A stretch of 64,000 nt of DNA from Amphiscolops sp. MND2022 (Eukaryota). Within the stretch, counting starts at the first letter, position 1. Each line of letters begins with the position of its first letter. The notes under the pieces are model-generated. The model did not search any database and had not been told where the DNA came from. It saw nothing but the letters and a program-made list of their open reading frames with translations. This document shows, piece after piece, positions 48,537-60,937 of the stretch. The position numbers and the translations under genes are program-made. Location of the stretch: assembly GCA_964187785.1 (NCBI GenBank), contig OZ076409.1:25732001-25796000 (forward strand). The letters are read 5' to 3'.

Positions 48537-49546
48537 CCCGGGTTGACCCTTTTACTAGCCTCTTGGCTGTCTTGGCAAGATATTGCCAAATTCTTACTAC
48601 ATCTTGGCAACCATGGATCCCATGGCAAGATACTTATTAGGATCTTAATAAGATAATACATTATTCCAAGATCATGTCTTATCACGATGGACGAAATTAT
48701 AAGAGAACAAGATTATAAAGAACACTATACCTTCGGTACAAGCAGCCGAGACACCGTGTGACAATCTAAAGGCTTATTTCACCCAACAACGACAATTTCT
48801 ACTCGGTTTCATAATCAAAATGGTTAAACACGCTGAAATAAATGCGCATGCAAAAATGTTCGAAAAAGTACGATCAGGTATTCTGGCTTCCGAAATTCTG
48901 ACGAGAATCCTATTAACTCCTCACTTGTTTAAGACTGAGGAATGCGAATGTACCAAACGAAAGCTCATTTCAAGGGCTTTTGAAAACTTGTAACTTTTCA
49001 CTCCTGTCCATTCCAGACACGGAGAAAAATGCCCTGAAACGCCCACAGGCACTGTCGGAAAGTTACACAGGGAACAATTAGAAATCCGGATTTTTGTGAA
49101 CTCATATCTCCAGCTTTCTTTGAGCCTGTTTCAGCAGCCTTATTACTGCTGGAAACAGCTGTCATTGCCCGGTTTGGGTAATGATTCAGCACGAGGCTTT
49201 TCTGACGGCGTTGTTGGCGACGGTTTTGCAATTCATAGACCGATTTAATCAGTGCCTCCCTAACGCCATATGGCTCTTCAATCAAATTTTATACCTTCCT
49301 CACAGAAAATTGTCATGTCTAACTATGTATATCTGCATAGATGTTGATTTTTGTTCACGTCCTTCCAGAATTTTTCTAGCCAAATACGATTTACAAGAAA
49401 AACATGTTTTTCTTGGGAAAATGGCTCTCTTGAGATCTTACCAAGGCAAAACGAATATCATGACAAGATCTTGACAAGATCTTAGCCAAGATTGTTCCAA
49501 GATCTCGCCAAGGTTCTACTAAGATATCTATGGAGGTCAACCCGGG
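48537..49546. mobile_element. Non-autonomous CCCGGG-ended TIR element (CMC/EnSpm-like), same family as 2675-3242, inverted
   Basis: CCCGGGTTGACC...GGTCAACCCGGG with TA on both sides; shared internal sequence and AAGATCTT repeats. Confidence 0.7.
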
Positions 49547-51914
49547 TAGTTTCTCGAACAAGCCGCTGTTTTTGATGGCAACTCGCAGTTTATGAACTGC
49601 CCGGAACATGAACCAGTGGGGAAGACTTCCAAAATGGTGTTTACTCTTAGCAAGCTACAGCGATGTGGAGACAAAATACCATCTGTGGTTGAAAAGCAAA
49701 CTTATGACCTTTTAGAAATTTCTTACGGAAAACTTTCAAAGCATTAAGATTTTGCTGTTTCCATGGAGCTGCCTAAAAATGCATCATAATGTGGGCGGCA
49801 CTTCAGAGCCACGAAGTTTTGCAGGTTTCTCTGAAAACCATTTCTCTTTTTGAATGCAGCTGAGACTTATTCCTTTTACCGCCATTTACATGCATATCAA
49901 CTTCAGGTAAATTATAAATCTCAAAGTTGCGTTGTATTCAACGTGCAATTTGACTAACGGTGATTGTATAATTTGATTACTTGAAAAACTACAGAAAGTG
50001 TGAAAACAAGGTGATTGAAATCGTAACGAAGTTAAAATATTTTTAGTTTCGATTGAAATAGTGAACGCTGCAATGAATTTTCCAGACAAGCTTCCGGAAT
50101 TTTCCATGTTTTGCCACGGTGAAGAGTTAGCATTGCATGTATGAAAGGAGCATGAAAAATCCCCTGCAGTAAAAAATGCTTCATTATTGACTTTTATCAT
50201 TTTTTAGTTCAATCACGCCGATAAGGTAGTTCCTCGAATCAACACTTAGGTGGTATTTTGTCACTATAGTAATTTGACTCTATAGTGTTGTGTTCTCTGG
50301 TATTTTGTCTTGTAATCGCTACAATGTAGGCCAAGTTGAAGTAGGGAAAGGGAACAAGTTTGGAGAAAGTAGTAAGTAGTTTGCCATTAATCAAGTCTTT
50401 AACACTGGGCTGCCTCTGGAAACCTACCCCAACACATTTGACTTATTCATAGCTTTGCTACATGCTCTGAAGACAATCAATGACCCATCAAATTAAAGTT
50501 GGTGGTCTGCTCATTTCGACGTCGGTTTGAATGCGGTGGTTCATCGACGGCTATTTATTCCAACACGGCGATTTTTTTCGACAAAAGTTTCTTTAATTGG
50601 CAAAAATGTTTTTCAAGACTTACCAGCTTTTTGGAGAAAATATAAGAAAGAAGTTGCAATTAGGCAGCAATGTTTATTTTGAATTCCACAGTATTCCAAT
50701 TTATATTCCGAAGTGAAGTAAGCAAATTTGTACATTTCAGATGCAAACAAAACAAAAATTTGATGAGGTTTTATAAACTTCTTTTTATCTGAAATTTTTA
50801 TGCAACAAACATTCCTTTGCCTTTTGATTATTTCTGCTAGGCACGCGGTTTATGGTTAAGTTTAATTGGAAACGTCAAAATATTCTTCTATCACTTTCTT
50901 TGTGTTAAATGATCCCCCTAAATCGTAGTTCTGAAACACAAATAACACACAAGAATGAAATGATAGTATTATAACTATGGTGCGAAATTTTTAATTTGCA
51001 TTACCTGGGGGCAATCATATGATTTATATGGATAATTTCCCAACCATGCAAGGCCAAACGCAACAATTTATTCGGTTCCTCAGCGGAAATATTGATGATA
51101 AAATAAAAAAGAACTCCTCCTTAATGCATTAAACAAAAAAATGAGAAAACCTTCTACTTTTTAGTAGTTAGAGAGTTAGAGTATCATATAAACGGAGAAA
51201 ATTGAAGTTTATTTGAATGTTTCTACAGTAATCAATGATGATAGGTAATACTTATTCCTTGATTTTTTGTATATGTTCTGAAGAATCTTTTGATTCTTCG
51301 AAACTAAAAAGCAACTAAAAAGTAACTAGTTTCCTCGAAACTAAAAAGTAACTGGAAAAAAGTGAAAATTGTTTTTTCTCAATAACTGAGAAACTGTTTG
51401 CTAAGCTACTGCCCACTCTAATAACACAGTAGGCCACCATTGAAGAGGCATATAAAAATTTTTCGATTAAGTTTCAGCTATGAGTTCCATCGGCATTTGA
51501 GTTCGACTTCCTTGAAGGAAACTCAATCTTTTCATTTTGAATTTAGCGTAAGGCAAAACTTGTCAATAAAGTTGACGGCAAAGATTTAAATTCAAGTTTT
51601 TCATTATTGAAAACATGAGGACATTAACATTTTTGATCAATATTACGTAGTACCGGTTTTTCGCCTAACGATTCATAGCTTCTTCTTTTCAAAATTCTTG
51701 TTTTCCTCGCAATTCCTTTTTCCTCTCCAAGGCCATTTCAAATCTACTGTGATTTTAATTTTTCGCAGAACAATTTTGGTTAAAAAATTTGAAACAACCT
51801 GTGATTCTTAAATAAAAGAAAATAATTTACGGTCTTTGGTTTCCTTGGATTTTTTACAGTGACATCAAGATCTCAAGAATTTTTAAAGATTGGTTATTGC
51901 GACTTGAAATGATG

Positions 51915-52096
51915 CTATAGGGAAGTTGTTCTCACAGTAAAGTCACTCTTGTTTCGCGTGCCCTCTTGACCGTCGTCCTCTTCCACGTGGTTCAGTTCAC
52001 GATAAAGGGTCATGACCTCGTCCCAGTCGATCACATTCTCCACTCTGACCTTCCTGACCTCTCTCTTCCCACTCGCCTTGCGCCTCACACTCGCTG
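51915..52096 (-). CDS. nompC: TRPN/NompC, last coding exon
   Basis: tttgtag acceptor, phase 1; VRVENVIDWDEVMTLY resembles the NompC C-terminal RIENVxDW motif; TAG stop. Confidence 0.8.
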
Positions 52097-52408
52097 CTAC
52101 AAAAAAAGCAACAACAGAAGTGGTCAAATCTAATGCCTATTGAAAGTGGTCCCAGAAAAAAAACGTATATGCACGCTTATTTTCGAAACATTTTTGAAAT
52201 TATCAAAAAAGCTGAATCATAAAAATATTTCAAAAGTTTCACAAAAATCAGGAAGAAACTGGAATGGCCACTTTCTAATTAATCGAATGAATTTTGCATA
52301 TATAAGAAAAATGATGCATTTGAAGGTATGGACTTCCAGAGTGATCTGTATGCAAAATAATATGAAACAGCGCCCAATTGAAACGGGCTAAAAAGCGGTT
52401 TTCCGTAC

Positions 52409-52525
52409 CGGTCACTGACGAATAAACGGATCTTTCACCATCGTCGTCTCCCTTTGGTCCAAAATCGTAGTCATCTACACTGACTGTGTCGTCTTGTCTC
52501 AACACTCGTGTGACGAAAGTGATCC
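52409..52525 (-). CDS. nompC: TRPN/NompC, penultimate coding exon
   Basis: ttacag acceptor and gtacgg donor; phases 1/1 fit both neighbouring exons. Confidence 0.75.
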
Positions 52526-52808
52526 CTGTAAACGAAAAAAGAACGAAAAATTAACTTTAGAGGAAATTGCCAAGAAGTTCTGAAGAGTTCTTCGAAGATA
52601 AACTTCATTTTTCAAAAAGATCATTCACAAATTGTTCCTCAAACTTCAATCTAACCAGTTCGTGTTTCAGAAATGTCCCGTCGAGATGCTTCTCATTAAG
52701 ATCATGGTGAAATATCAAGTAGTTCCTTAAATAACACTTCTAAAGTAGTTGAAATAAAGTGTCAGAATCAATCGCAACTCTGATGAGGAGAATTTCAAGG
52801 ACGAAAGG

Positions 52809-52915
52809 GAACTTTTGTGTGATACGTAACAACAGCGTAATACAGCAGCAGCAAGAGGATCCGATCCTCTTGCTGCTGCTGTATTACGCTGTTGTTACGT
52901 ATCACACAAAAGTTC
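52809..52915. repeat. Perfect 107-bp palindrome (53-bp arms, 1-nt spacer)
   Basis: 52809-52861 is the exact reverse complement of 52863-52915. Confidence 0.95.
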
Positions 52916-53000
52916 ACTTTTGTGGAGTCCAGGGCCTGGAGTCCAGGCCGTTCCAAGAAGCTCGAAGAAAATGGGGAATAAGCAAAATTAGCAAAAAAAA

Positions 53001-53054
53001 GAAGGAAGAAGAAGAAGAAGAAGAAGAAGAAAGAAAGAAAGAAAGAAATAAGGA

Positions 53055-53094
<40 letters not shown>

Positions 53095-53095
53095 A
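53001..53095 (+). repeat. (GAA)n(GAAA)n microsatellite
   Basis: Direct reading of the sequence. Confidence 0.95.
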
Positions 53096-53860
53096 CGATA
53101 GAAGGAGGAAAAGTTAATTGTCCATTTACAGCGGGTTGACGCAGAAAAAGCAGGTTTGCTTTTCCAAGTCATAGCCCTTTTTCGAATATCATCTCCCCAT
53201 TCTCGCAGCCAAGCGGTCAACCAATGATCAGCTTGAATCTGTGGTTGCAAAGTTCGTTGCTCCAGGTCACAAAGGTCTGAGTGCCTCCGTTGCTGTTTTT
53301 CCTGTTTTTTTTTCAAGTTAGGTAAAAGCAGTGCTTGAGTCTTAAGCATATCCCTTCTGGTATTTTCCGGCTCTACTATAAATTTGATAAACTTTTGACC
53401 CTTGCATATTTAAGAAACTTTACTCCTTTGAACCTTGAGCAGAGCGCCGACTTGGGCTGTTCCCGACGTGTTGTCCTGGCCATACCACTAGGCTAGGAAG
53501 GAATGACTTGATTTAGGTTTGACAATGACGAGTTGAAACAGCCTCGAGCCTGATATCGCCCAAGTACAAGTCGATTGTTCTGCTGAAAGTGCTACAAAAC
53601 ACTCCACCTTATGGGCAGGTATTGTTAAGTACAACCGTATTAATCCAACATTAGGTGAATTTGAGTACCTGAGTTGCGGGAAAAGTTTTTTAACCTTTCT
53701 TTTGTAAACAATATATCAAATTTAAATTTATATCAGATTTATCACAGAAAGAACATTTTCAATGCAAGTTGCACGAAGACATTTAAAAGATTTAGATTTT
53801 AAAAGACTTTTAAAAGACGTTAATTAGTTTTTTAACATTTCTGTATAAACCGATACTGAC

Positions 53861-54122
53861 CTTTGCGTTTATAGAGCCCATAGAAGAATGCGACTATGAC
53901 CACAATGAGGTTAACGGGGGGAGCGGCTGGGGTCTTGAGGTTCATTGACCTAATAAGGAGAGCCCTCCCAAACTTCCACTCCACGTCCGATTGCTGCTGG
54001 ATGCGTTGATAAGTGTCACTCATCATGGCAATCAGCAGGTTGATGAGCACAATCAAGGCTATGACCAGGTACAGCCCGTAGATGAAGTAAGTAAAAATTT
54101 CCGCCCAGATTGGAATGCAGAC
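53861..54122 (-). CDS. nompC: TRPN/NompC exon: S6 and TRP box
   Basis: LIVLINLLIAMMSDTYQRIQQQSDVEWKFGRALLIRSMN, the TRPN S6/TRP-domain signature; ttcccag acceptor and gtcagt donor. Confidence 0.95.
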
Positions 54123-54871
54123 CTGGGAAAACAGAAATGAAACTTGATCAGTTCACACTTTTTCTAATCGTTTCTCATTAAACCAGCCAAAAAGAAAATT
54201 GCAATGGGCCGTGAGCCTTGAAATATTTTCATGTCAGATTACTGTTTTTATTTCAACTGTATGGATATTTGTATAGAGTGTTTTTATCGACTGCACATGG
54301 CGGATAGGTCTGAAAAAATATATATAAGCCTGATATCACGAAATCAGAAAAAAAGTGATAAAGTTTTTGGGAGTATCTTTCTAAAGATTTGAAAGATACT
54401 GGTTGAAAGGTATCGCGGTTGCATCTCGCTAATTTTCACAAGATATTTATTGTTACGCGTTCAGTTATAACACCTATTGACACTTTTTTGACGCTGTCAG
54501 ACTCGAAAAGTTTTTTTTTTAATTCAGGAAATATTCAGGAGTAATTTTCGAGTGTTATGGTCAACTATCAACAAATTTTCTAGAGATGCTGAGCCTCGTT
54601 GACCAATCTACTCCACTTCTAATAATTTTCAACACTTTGAGATAAAAGCTATAATTTTTACTGAAACTGTTTCCGAAATTTCAGTTGAAATTTCTCATTT
54701 TAGTTTTTCTTCAACTCTCCATGGTGTTAGTTGTGCCTTTTAAGTTAACCTGAAGTTTGGTTTTTAATTGCTTAGGTTTTATCTTTTAGCAGAAAGTGTT
54801 TTTTAGCTAGCTCTTTTTTGTTATCGAAATGTTTCCCATCGAACAACGCAATATTTCAATAGTATTAAAAC

Positions 54872-55628
54872 CATCATTGAAGAAAAACATGTAGTACGTG
54901 ATCTCGGAATAACTATGAGCCACGATGCCACCTTCACGGCACACATTGAAACTATTGTCTCAAAAGCCCAATCAACAATTTCATCAATATGCCAATGCTT
55001 CAAAACCCGAACACCTGAAGTAATGATACAACTTTGTAATCTCTTGTAATCCCACATTTAGACTACTTTTGTCAACTGTGGAATCCCAAGAGGAAAGGTG
55101 AGATCAACAAGCTGGAGATCCTTCAAAAGAATTTTACCCGCCGCATCGCTGGAGCAAATAAACTTGATTACTGGGAGCGACTACAGAAATTCCGGTTACA
55201 TTCCCTGGAAAGAAAACGGGAAAAATACATAATTGTGTATGTCTGGAAAATCTTGGAGAAGTTGGTGCCAAATATCACTACAGAATGGCTGGAGCCCGAG
55301 TGAAAACCCTTAAATCATCAAAGTTCGTCATCAATGGTCCGAAACTGTTCAATTGCTTACCATCGCATCTAAGAAACTTCACGAACTGTCTAGAGTTATT
55401 TAAATCAGAATTAGATCGATTTCTTGAACTGCTTCCAGATGAGCCCTTGGTACCCGGATACACCAGCAGGAGAAATCATGCAACTAACAGCTTGATAGAC
55501 GTTATCCTGTCCCAGACAGCTCACCCCTATATTGGAGAGATCAAATCACTGGGCAGAGGCTCAAATGGCGGTCTTTGACAAAGGATCACCAGTCAGCTTG
55601 TGCTGAGAAAGCCCTCCAACAACAACAA
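54872..55628 (+). mobile_element. 5'-truncated CR1/L2-group LINE relic (RT C-terminus) in a nompC intron
   Basis: VRDLGI, PHLDY.CQLWNP, LEILQKNFTRRI, DYWERL, GPKLFNCLP, FKSELDRFL motifs with frameshifts; (CAA)n tail. Confidence 0.8.
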
Positions 55629-55913
55629 GTGTTTTTCATGAAAACTTTGTCGAAAACCAAATTTGAAAAGCAAAAACTTTTTATCATTGAAACGAGCTTC
55701 TAAGTTCTTTTAAGAGGTATGGACGGTCTGGTCTATCTCCAAGGACCATTTTAAATCTCCTGATTTTGAAGAAGGTTGTTTGCCATTTTCTTCGGGAAAC
55801 AATACTAAAATTGCTAGTTCTAGCATATTTCATACTTTTGGCCGTTTATCTGAAATATGCGTTCTATTATAAATCTTAAAACATTCAAGTATTTAAAAAA
55901 AATGTTTCCGTTG

Positions 55914-58900
55914 TTATTTTCCGCCCATATTTCTTATATGGGAAAGGAAAATATTTAAATCAAACGGGTTTTTTTACAAAATTTGCCAAGAATTTATTTA
56001 TGTTTAACTTTAAGGGTGTTACCCATAGAATTCAACTCACATAAATTTAGCTTCGTCCGATATGTATTTGTTGCGATTTTTGGAGTTTTTTTAAAATGAC
56101 GAAAATGACCCCTTAATGACGAAATGACCACGAAAATGACAATAATTCCCAAATTTCACAATTTTTTAACGTTTTTTTTGCAATTTTTGTCCTTTTTTGA
56201 GAGACACCGCGAAATAGAATGTTGAAAACGTTAAACAGGGCACGAATTCATTCTCCAATAGTCTTCTATGAAGAGATAAATGCGATTTTGTACCAGAAAA
56301 TTGACCCCAAAAATGACAAAAATTCCAAAATTTTCTGATTTTCAACAATTTTGAGCAATTTTTGTCAAATTTTCGACATAATTCGTTAATTAAAATGTTG
56401 AGAACGCTCAAATTGGCACGCATTTGCTGTCCGGTAGGCTTTTCAGGAAAGATAATTGCTTTTTTCCAAATGAAAAAGGTCTCAAATTGATACCGAAAAA
56501 AAAACAAAAAAACCCAAAACTTTCCATTTTTCAAATTTTTAAATGCATTTTTGTCAAATTTTCGACAGACTTCGTAGATTAGAATGTTGAGAAGCGTCAG
56601 CAAGGAAAAAGTATTAGTCCATTGGGCTTTTCTAAAGAACTTATTGCAGTTTTCCTCATGAAAAATATCTCTAATTGGCCCCGAAAAAAAAAACAAAAAC
56701 TCCAAAATTTCTCAATTTTTACCGTTTTCATGCGTTTTTTGTCAATTTTTTGATAAACATCGCAAATTAGAATGTTGCAAACGTTCAACAAGGCACGATG
56801 TTGTTGTCCAATAGTTTTCTAGGAAGAGATTAATGCGGTTTTGTCAGAGAAAATTGACCCAATAAATGACCAAAATTCCAAAAATTTCCCGATTTTTAAC
56901 GGTTCTTTTCAATTTTTGTCAAATTTTAGTAGGACTTCGTTGATTAGAATGTTAAAAACAGTCAAAGTGACCCGTATTAGCTGTCCAGTAGGCTTTTCTG
57001 AAAAGATTTTTTCTGTTTTCCAATTGAAAAAGGTCTCAAATTGAAACCGAAAGTGACAAAAAACACAAAACTTTCTATTTTTCAAATTTTTAATGCAATT
57101 TTTGTCACATTTTCGACAGACGTCGTAGATCAGAATGCTGCGAAGCGTAAGCAAGGAACAATATTGGTCCAAAAAGATTTTCCGAAGAATTTAATGCAGT
57201 TTTCTAGATGAAGAAAATCTCAAGTTGGCACCAAAAATGACAAAAAACCAAAAATTCTCCTATTTTCAATGTTTTTATGCAATTTCTGTCACAATTTCGA
57301 CAAACTCCGTAGATTGGAATAATAAAAACGTTCACCAAGATAGCACTTTGTTGTCCGGTAGTCATTAAGGATGAGATAGTTTCAGTTTTTCGAAGGAAAA
57401 AGTCTCAACTTGACACCGAAATTGACGCAAATCCCAAAATTTTTCAATTATCAAAGTTTTATGCTGTTTTTCTTAAAAGTTTTCAACAAACTCCGGAGAT
57501 TGGAATATTAGAAAGGGTCAACAAGGAACAAATGTTGTCCCGTATGCTTAGTGGAACGATAAATGCAGCTTTTGAAACTTTGTGAACTGTTAAAACCCCT
57601 AAACAATGAGAAAGTTGTTGTCTCGGTAAGCTTTCGACAACAGATAAGAACAATTTCTAATTCAAAAGTGCTTGAAATTGACCTTGAAGTAGTCGAAAAA
57701 TTCGACGATTTTGTCGTTTTTGATGCAATTCCCGTACAATTCCCGAAAGTCTTCGTTATGAGTTCCATAACGCTCAACAACGAAAGAACGAGCTATGCAA
57801 TACATTTTTTGAAGAGAAAGTTCCAGCGTTTTGCTTCAAAAACACCAACATTTTTTTGCGTTCAACATCATCGTTTTTAAGCAACCCATGTCTACATTTT
57901 GAAGAGTTTTGGATTCAGAACGATGGCAAAGGTTCAACAAGGATTGAACGCTTATTTCAGTCGGCCTTTAGAGAAATATTTGCAGACTTCGGTTCAAAAA
58001 TGGCTCAAACCTGACCGCAAAAAGTCGAAAAAGTCAGAGTTTTGCTGATTTCTGACAGTTTCAGTGAATTTTGTTGAGATTGGAAAACTGTAAGATGAAA
58101 GCTCCGAATAGCTCTAGATGATTAAATTAGATCCACAGCACGTTTTTGAGGAGAAATTTACATCTTTTGTGCCAGAGAGTTTCCTCAGAAAGACCCAAAT
58201 AATGCAAAAAGAAAATTTTCATATTGTTTTTACATTTTAGGCAGTTTCTGTACAATTATTGAGTGGCATAAAAAATTTTAAGGATTCAACAATGTTAACA
58301 AGGAATAATCCTGGTTTCCAGTAGGCTATTTTGAAGATATATTTGCAATTGTTGGTGGGAATTGGTCTCAAATCCATTCACTGGCACCCCAAAATCCATT
58401 CAACAACAAAAACGCACGTTGTTTGACAAATTATTCCTAATTTTTGTCCAACCAAGAACATTTTTGTAGGATAGAACTTCCATTGACCAGAGCGTTGAAA
58501 CAAAAGGGTATTCACAACGCAATTTGGGGGAAACGTAGGAAGAAGTTAGTCGATTTTAGAACAAAGTTGTCAAAAGTTCCGATTTTCCTCAATTTTCGAC
58601 AACATAGTCCCAATTCTGGACCATTTCCGAAATCTTACATCAATCAGAAAACCCATGGACTCAGGATTGAAACGTTTAGCTACCGGTAGTGTTTCAAAAA
58701 GATCTCAGACAAGTGTTTTTGCTCAACTTTGAAAAACTTTACTTGAAAACGAACACTTCGACCTTAATTGTCAAGTATTGAATTTTCAATAAGCTTCAAG
58801 CAAAAACAATAGCTATGGAGAACACCTTCCAAAGGAAAATGTTTCAAGCTATATCGTGGGTTAGAATGGTGTAAGCAATAAACAACAACTAAACTCGGTG

Positions 58901-59717
58901 TCCAGTAGGCCTATTTTTGAAAAGACATCTGTAGATTCATGTTAGAAAAGTTCCTCAAATTGATCCCAAAGTTGTCAGAAAAATTTCCAATTTTTGACAC
59001 CTTTGATGGAACTATGTGCAAAAATATACCAACCAGTGACCGCTCAAATTCCTTAAACTTGCAAATGACCTAGTTTCAAGCCTAAACCATTTTCTCAGTG
59101 CCAAAAATAATCCCAATAAATACTCCTGAGATTGGAAACCACTTTTTTCCCAACAAGATTTTCAGAACGCCATATTTTTGATTTTTTTCGGTAAAATCCT
59201 ATGAAGGCGGAACAAGTTTCAGCTCACAAACTACCTTTTTGATGCCGAAATCAGCTATGAAATCAAGGGGGTACGCTTTGACCAAATGAAAATTTCGGGA
59301 AGAGGAACGGAGCCGAAAAAAACTGAAATTTTCTTTAAACTGATGTATTTTTAACAGTCAATAAGAGACTTCATCAGTTCCACATGTTTAAAAGTAACGG
59401 AAAGGTCACCCGTAATACTCGGGAAACTTATTTCTTTCACAGAAAACCTTAAAAACTAAAAAATTGTTTCCGAAAAAAAATGAAAAATTTCACTCGGTAA
59501 GTCGCATAGTGTCGAAATTACGAAAACTGGCCAGCTATCGCAGAAATACTAAAATAAAGGTGTTTCCTTCACAACTGGGCAAAGATAAATCGAAGCTGTC
59601 TTTTCTTCGAACTTCTTAGCGTTTTTATAGTGCATTAGTTATCCTTGAGCCTCAAATTTATGTAGTTGTAGAACAGTTCGGGCCGAAAATATCTCGCTGC
59701 TCAGCGGGCGTCTTGTT
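55914..59717 (+). mobile_element. HINE-like element, family H2, with internal ~185-bp tandem array (copy 1)
   Basis: 5' TTATTTTCCG hairpin head; 3' CCGAAAATAT, GCTG/CAGC hairpin and CTTGTT; both ends shared with 60938-63609. Confidence 0.65.
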
Positions 59718-60137
59718 TTCATTTTCCTAGAAAATTTGCCGGAAGCTTTTTCAGGCAAAATTTTGAACCCAATAACGCAACAAATTGTAGAAAAAAGCAG
59801 ATAAAAGGCTACTTCCCATTGCAGAGATCAAATGTAATTGAAATATTTTCCAGCTTTTTGGAGACATTTAATTTATCAAGATTTTTTTTACTATATAGAG
59901 TTACTATTTTCAAAACGGTGTCTTAGTTTTTCTTGGAAGCTTCGTTTACGATTATTCAAAAATTGTCGCAATACCACTGAGCATATTATTAGTTTTCCAC
60001 AGTAAAAAATTGTTCCTGGGCATGTTAAAAACAATTATTAAACCATAAAAATTTTCCTTCTAGTGCTTCTTGGAAATTAGTTCTTGGAAACACTCCCGGG
60101 AGGCAATAAAGGGTTTTAAAATGAAGAAAAAACTTAC

Positions 60138-60375
60138 AGCTTCATCGGCCATCGCCTCATAATCAACCAGCCCAAATAAGGAGAAAGCCATTTTGGTGAA
60201 TTGCTCCGAAACCACCCTACCTCCATCTATGTACGTATTATTCTTGCCCGTTTCAGGGCTCTTGAGAGGGTATCTTCCTATGGCTGTGCAGAATTCTTCA
60301 GGGTATGCGGGCTGGTTTATAGTCGCGAACTCCAACGTGAACCCAACTATGAATATACCAATTAGAACGGCAAAC
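60138..60375 (-). CDS. nompC: TRPN/NompC exon: S5, turret and pore helix
   Basis: (R)FAVLIGIFIVGFTL...FSLFGLVD; gcttag acceptor and gtaagt donor; phases 2/0 fit the neighbouring exons. Confidence 0.9.
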
Positions 60376-60937
60376 CTAAGCAAAAGCACAACTAAAATGA
60401 ATGGGCAAATGTAGTAGATCTGAATCTAAACCTTTTGCTGGAAGGAAGGAGCTTTCAAGCTAGAAACTACCGAAAGAAAACAACGAAAGTAAACGTTTTT
60501 CTAGTTTCCAACTTTTTCTAGGATCTTAGCTTATTTTTTCATCATAGTTCGTTGACAAGCAGATTATTGAAGTACTTGGTCAAATTCCATTACTTGAAAA
60601 TGCTCAAACATTTTATTTGCTTTTATATGTTGCATGACAAATTTATTAGTTTTTGAGGACTGCTTAATGAAGTTTTCATGCTCAAAACGTTCGCACTGCT
60701 TCACTAATTTTTCAGGTTTTATTCGAATTTCCAAAAAAAGTATACATGTAATACATGCACAATTTGATAGGTTCTCAAAGCAATATCAAGGAAATTGAAG
60801 ACAGAACCACCACAAAAGTTTACAGTTTTTGGCGGGCAAACCTCACTTTTTGATTGAAGTGCGGAAATGATTCACACGTGAGCCAGTGAGGAAAAAATTC
60901 CTAAAGAAAGTATTAGCCTAGGCTATAACAGTTGTTA

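Noticed and set aside
50998..51056. Faint U1 snRNA-like 5' segment (TTACCTGG...TTTCCCA)
   Set aside because: The similarity is too patchy, and no downstream U1 stems or Sm site were recognised; an Infernal search would be needed.
52759..53349. ORFs of 126 and 184 aa on opposite strands
   Set aside because: By-products of the palindrome and the GAA/GAAA microsatellite inside an intron.
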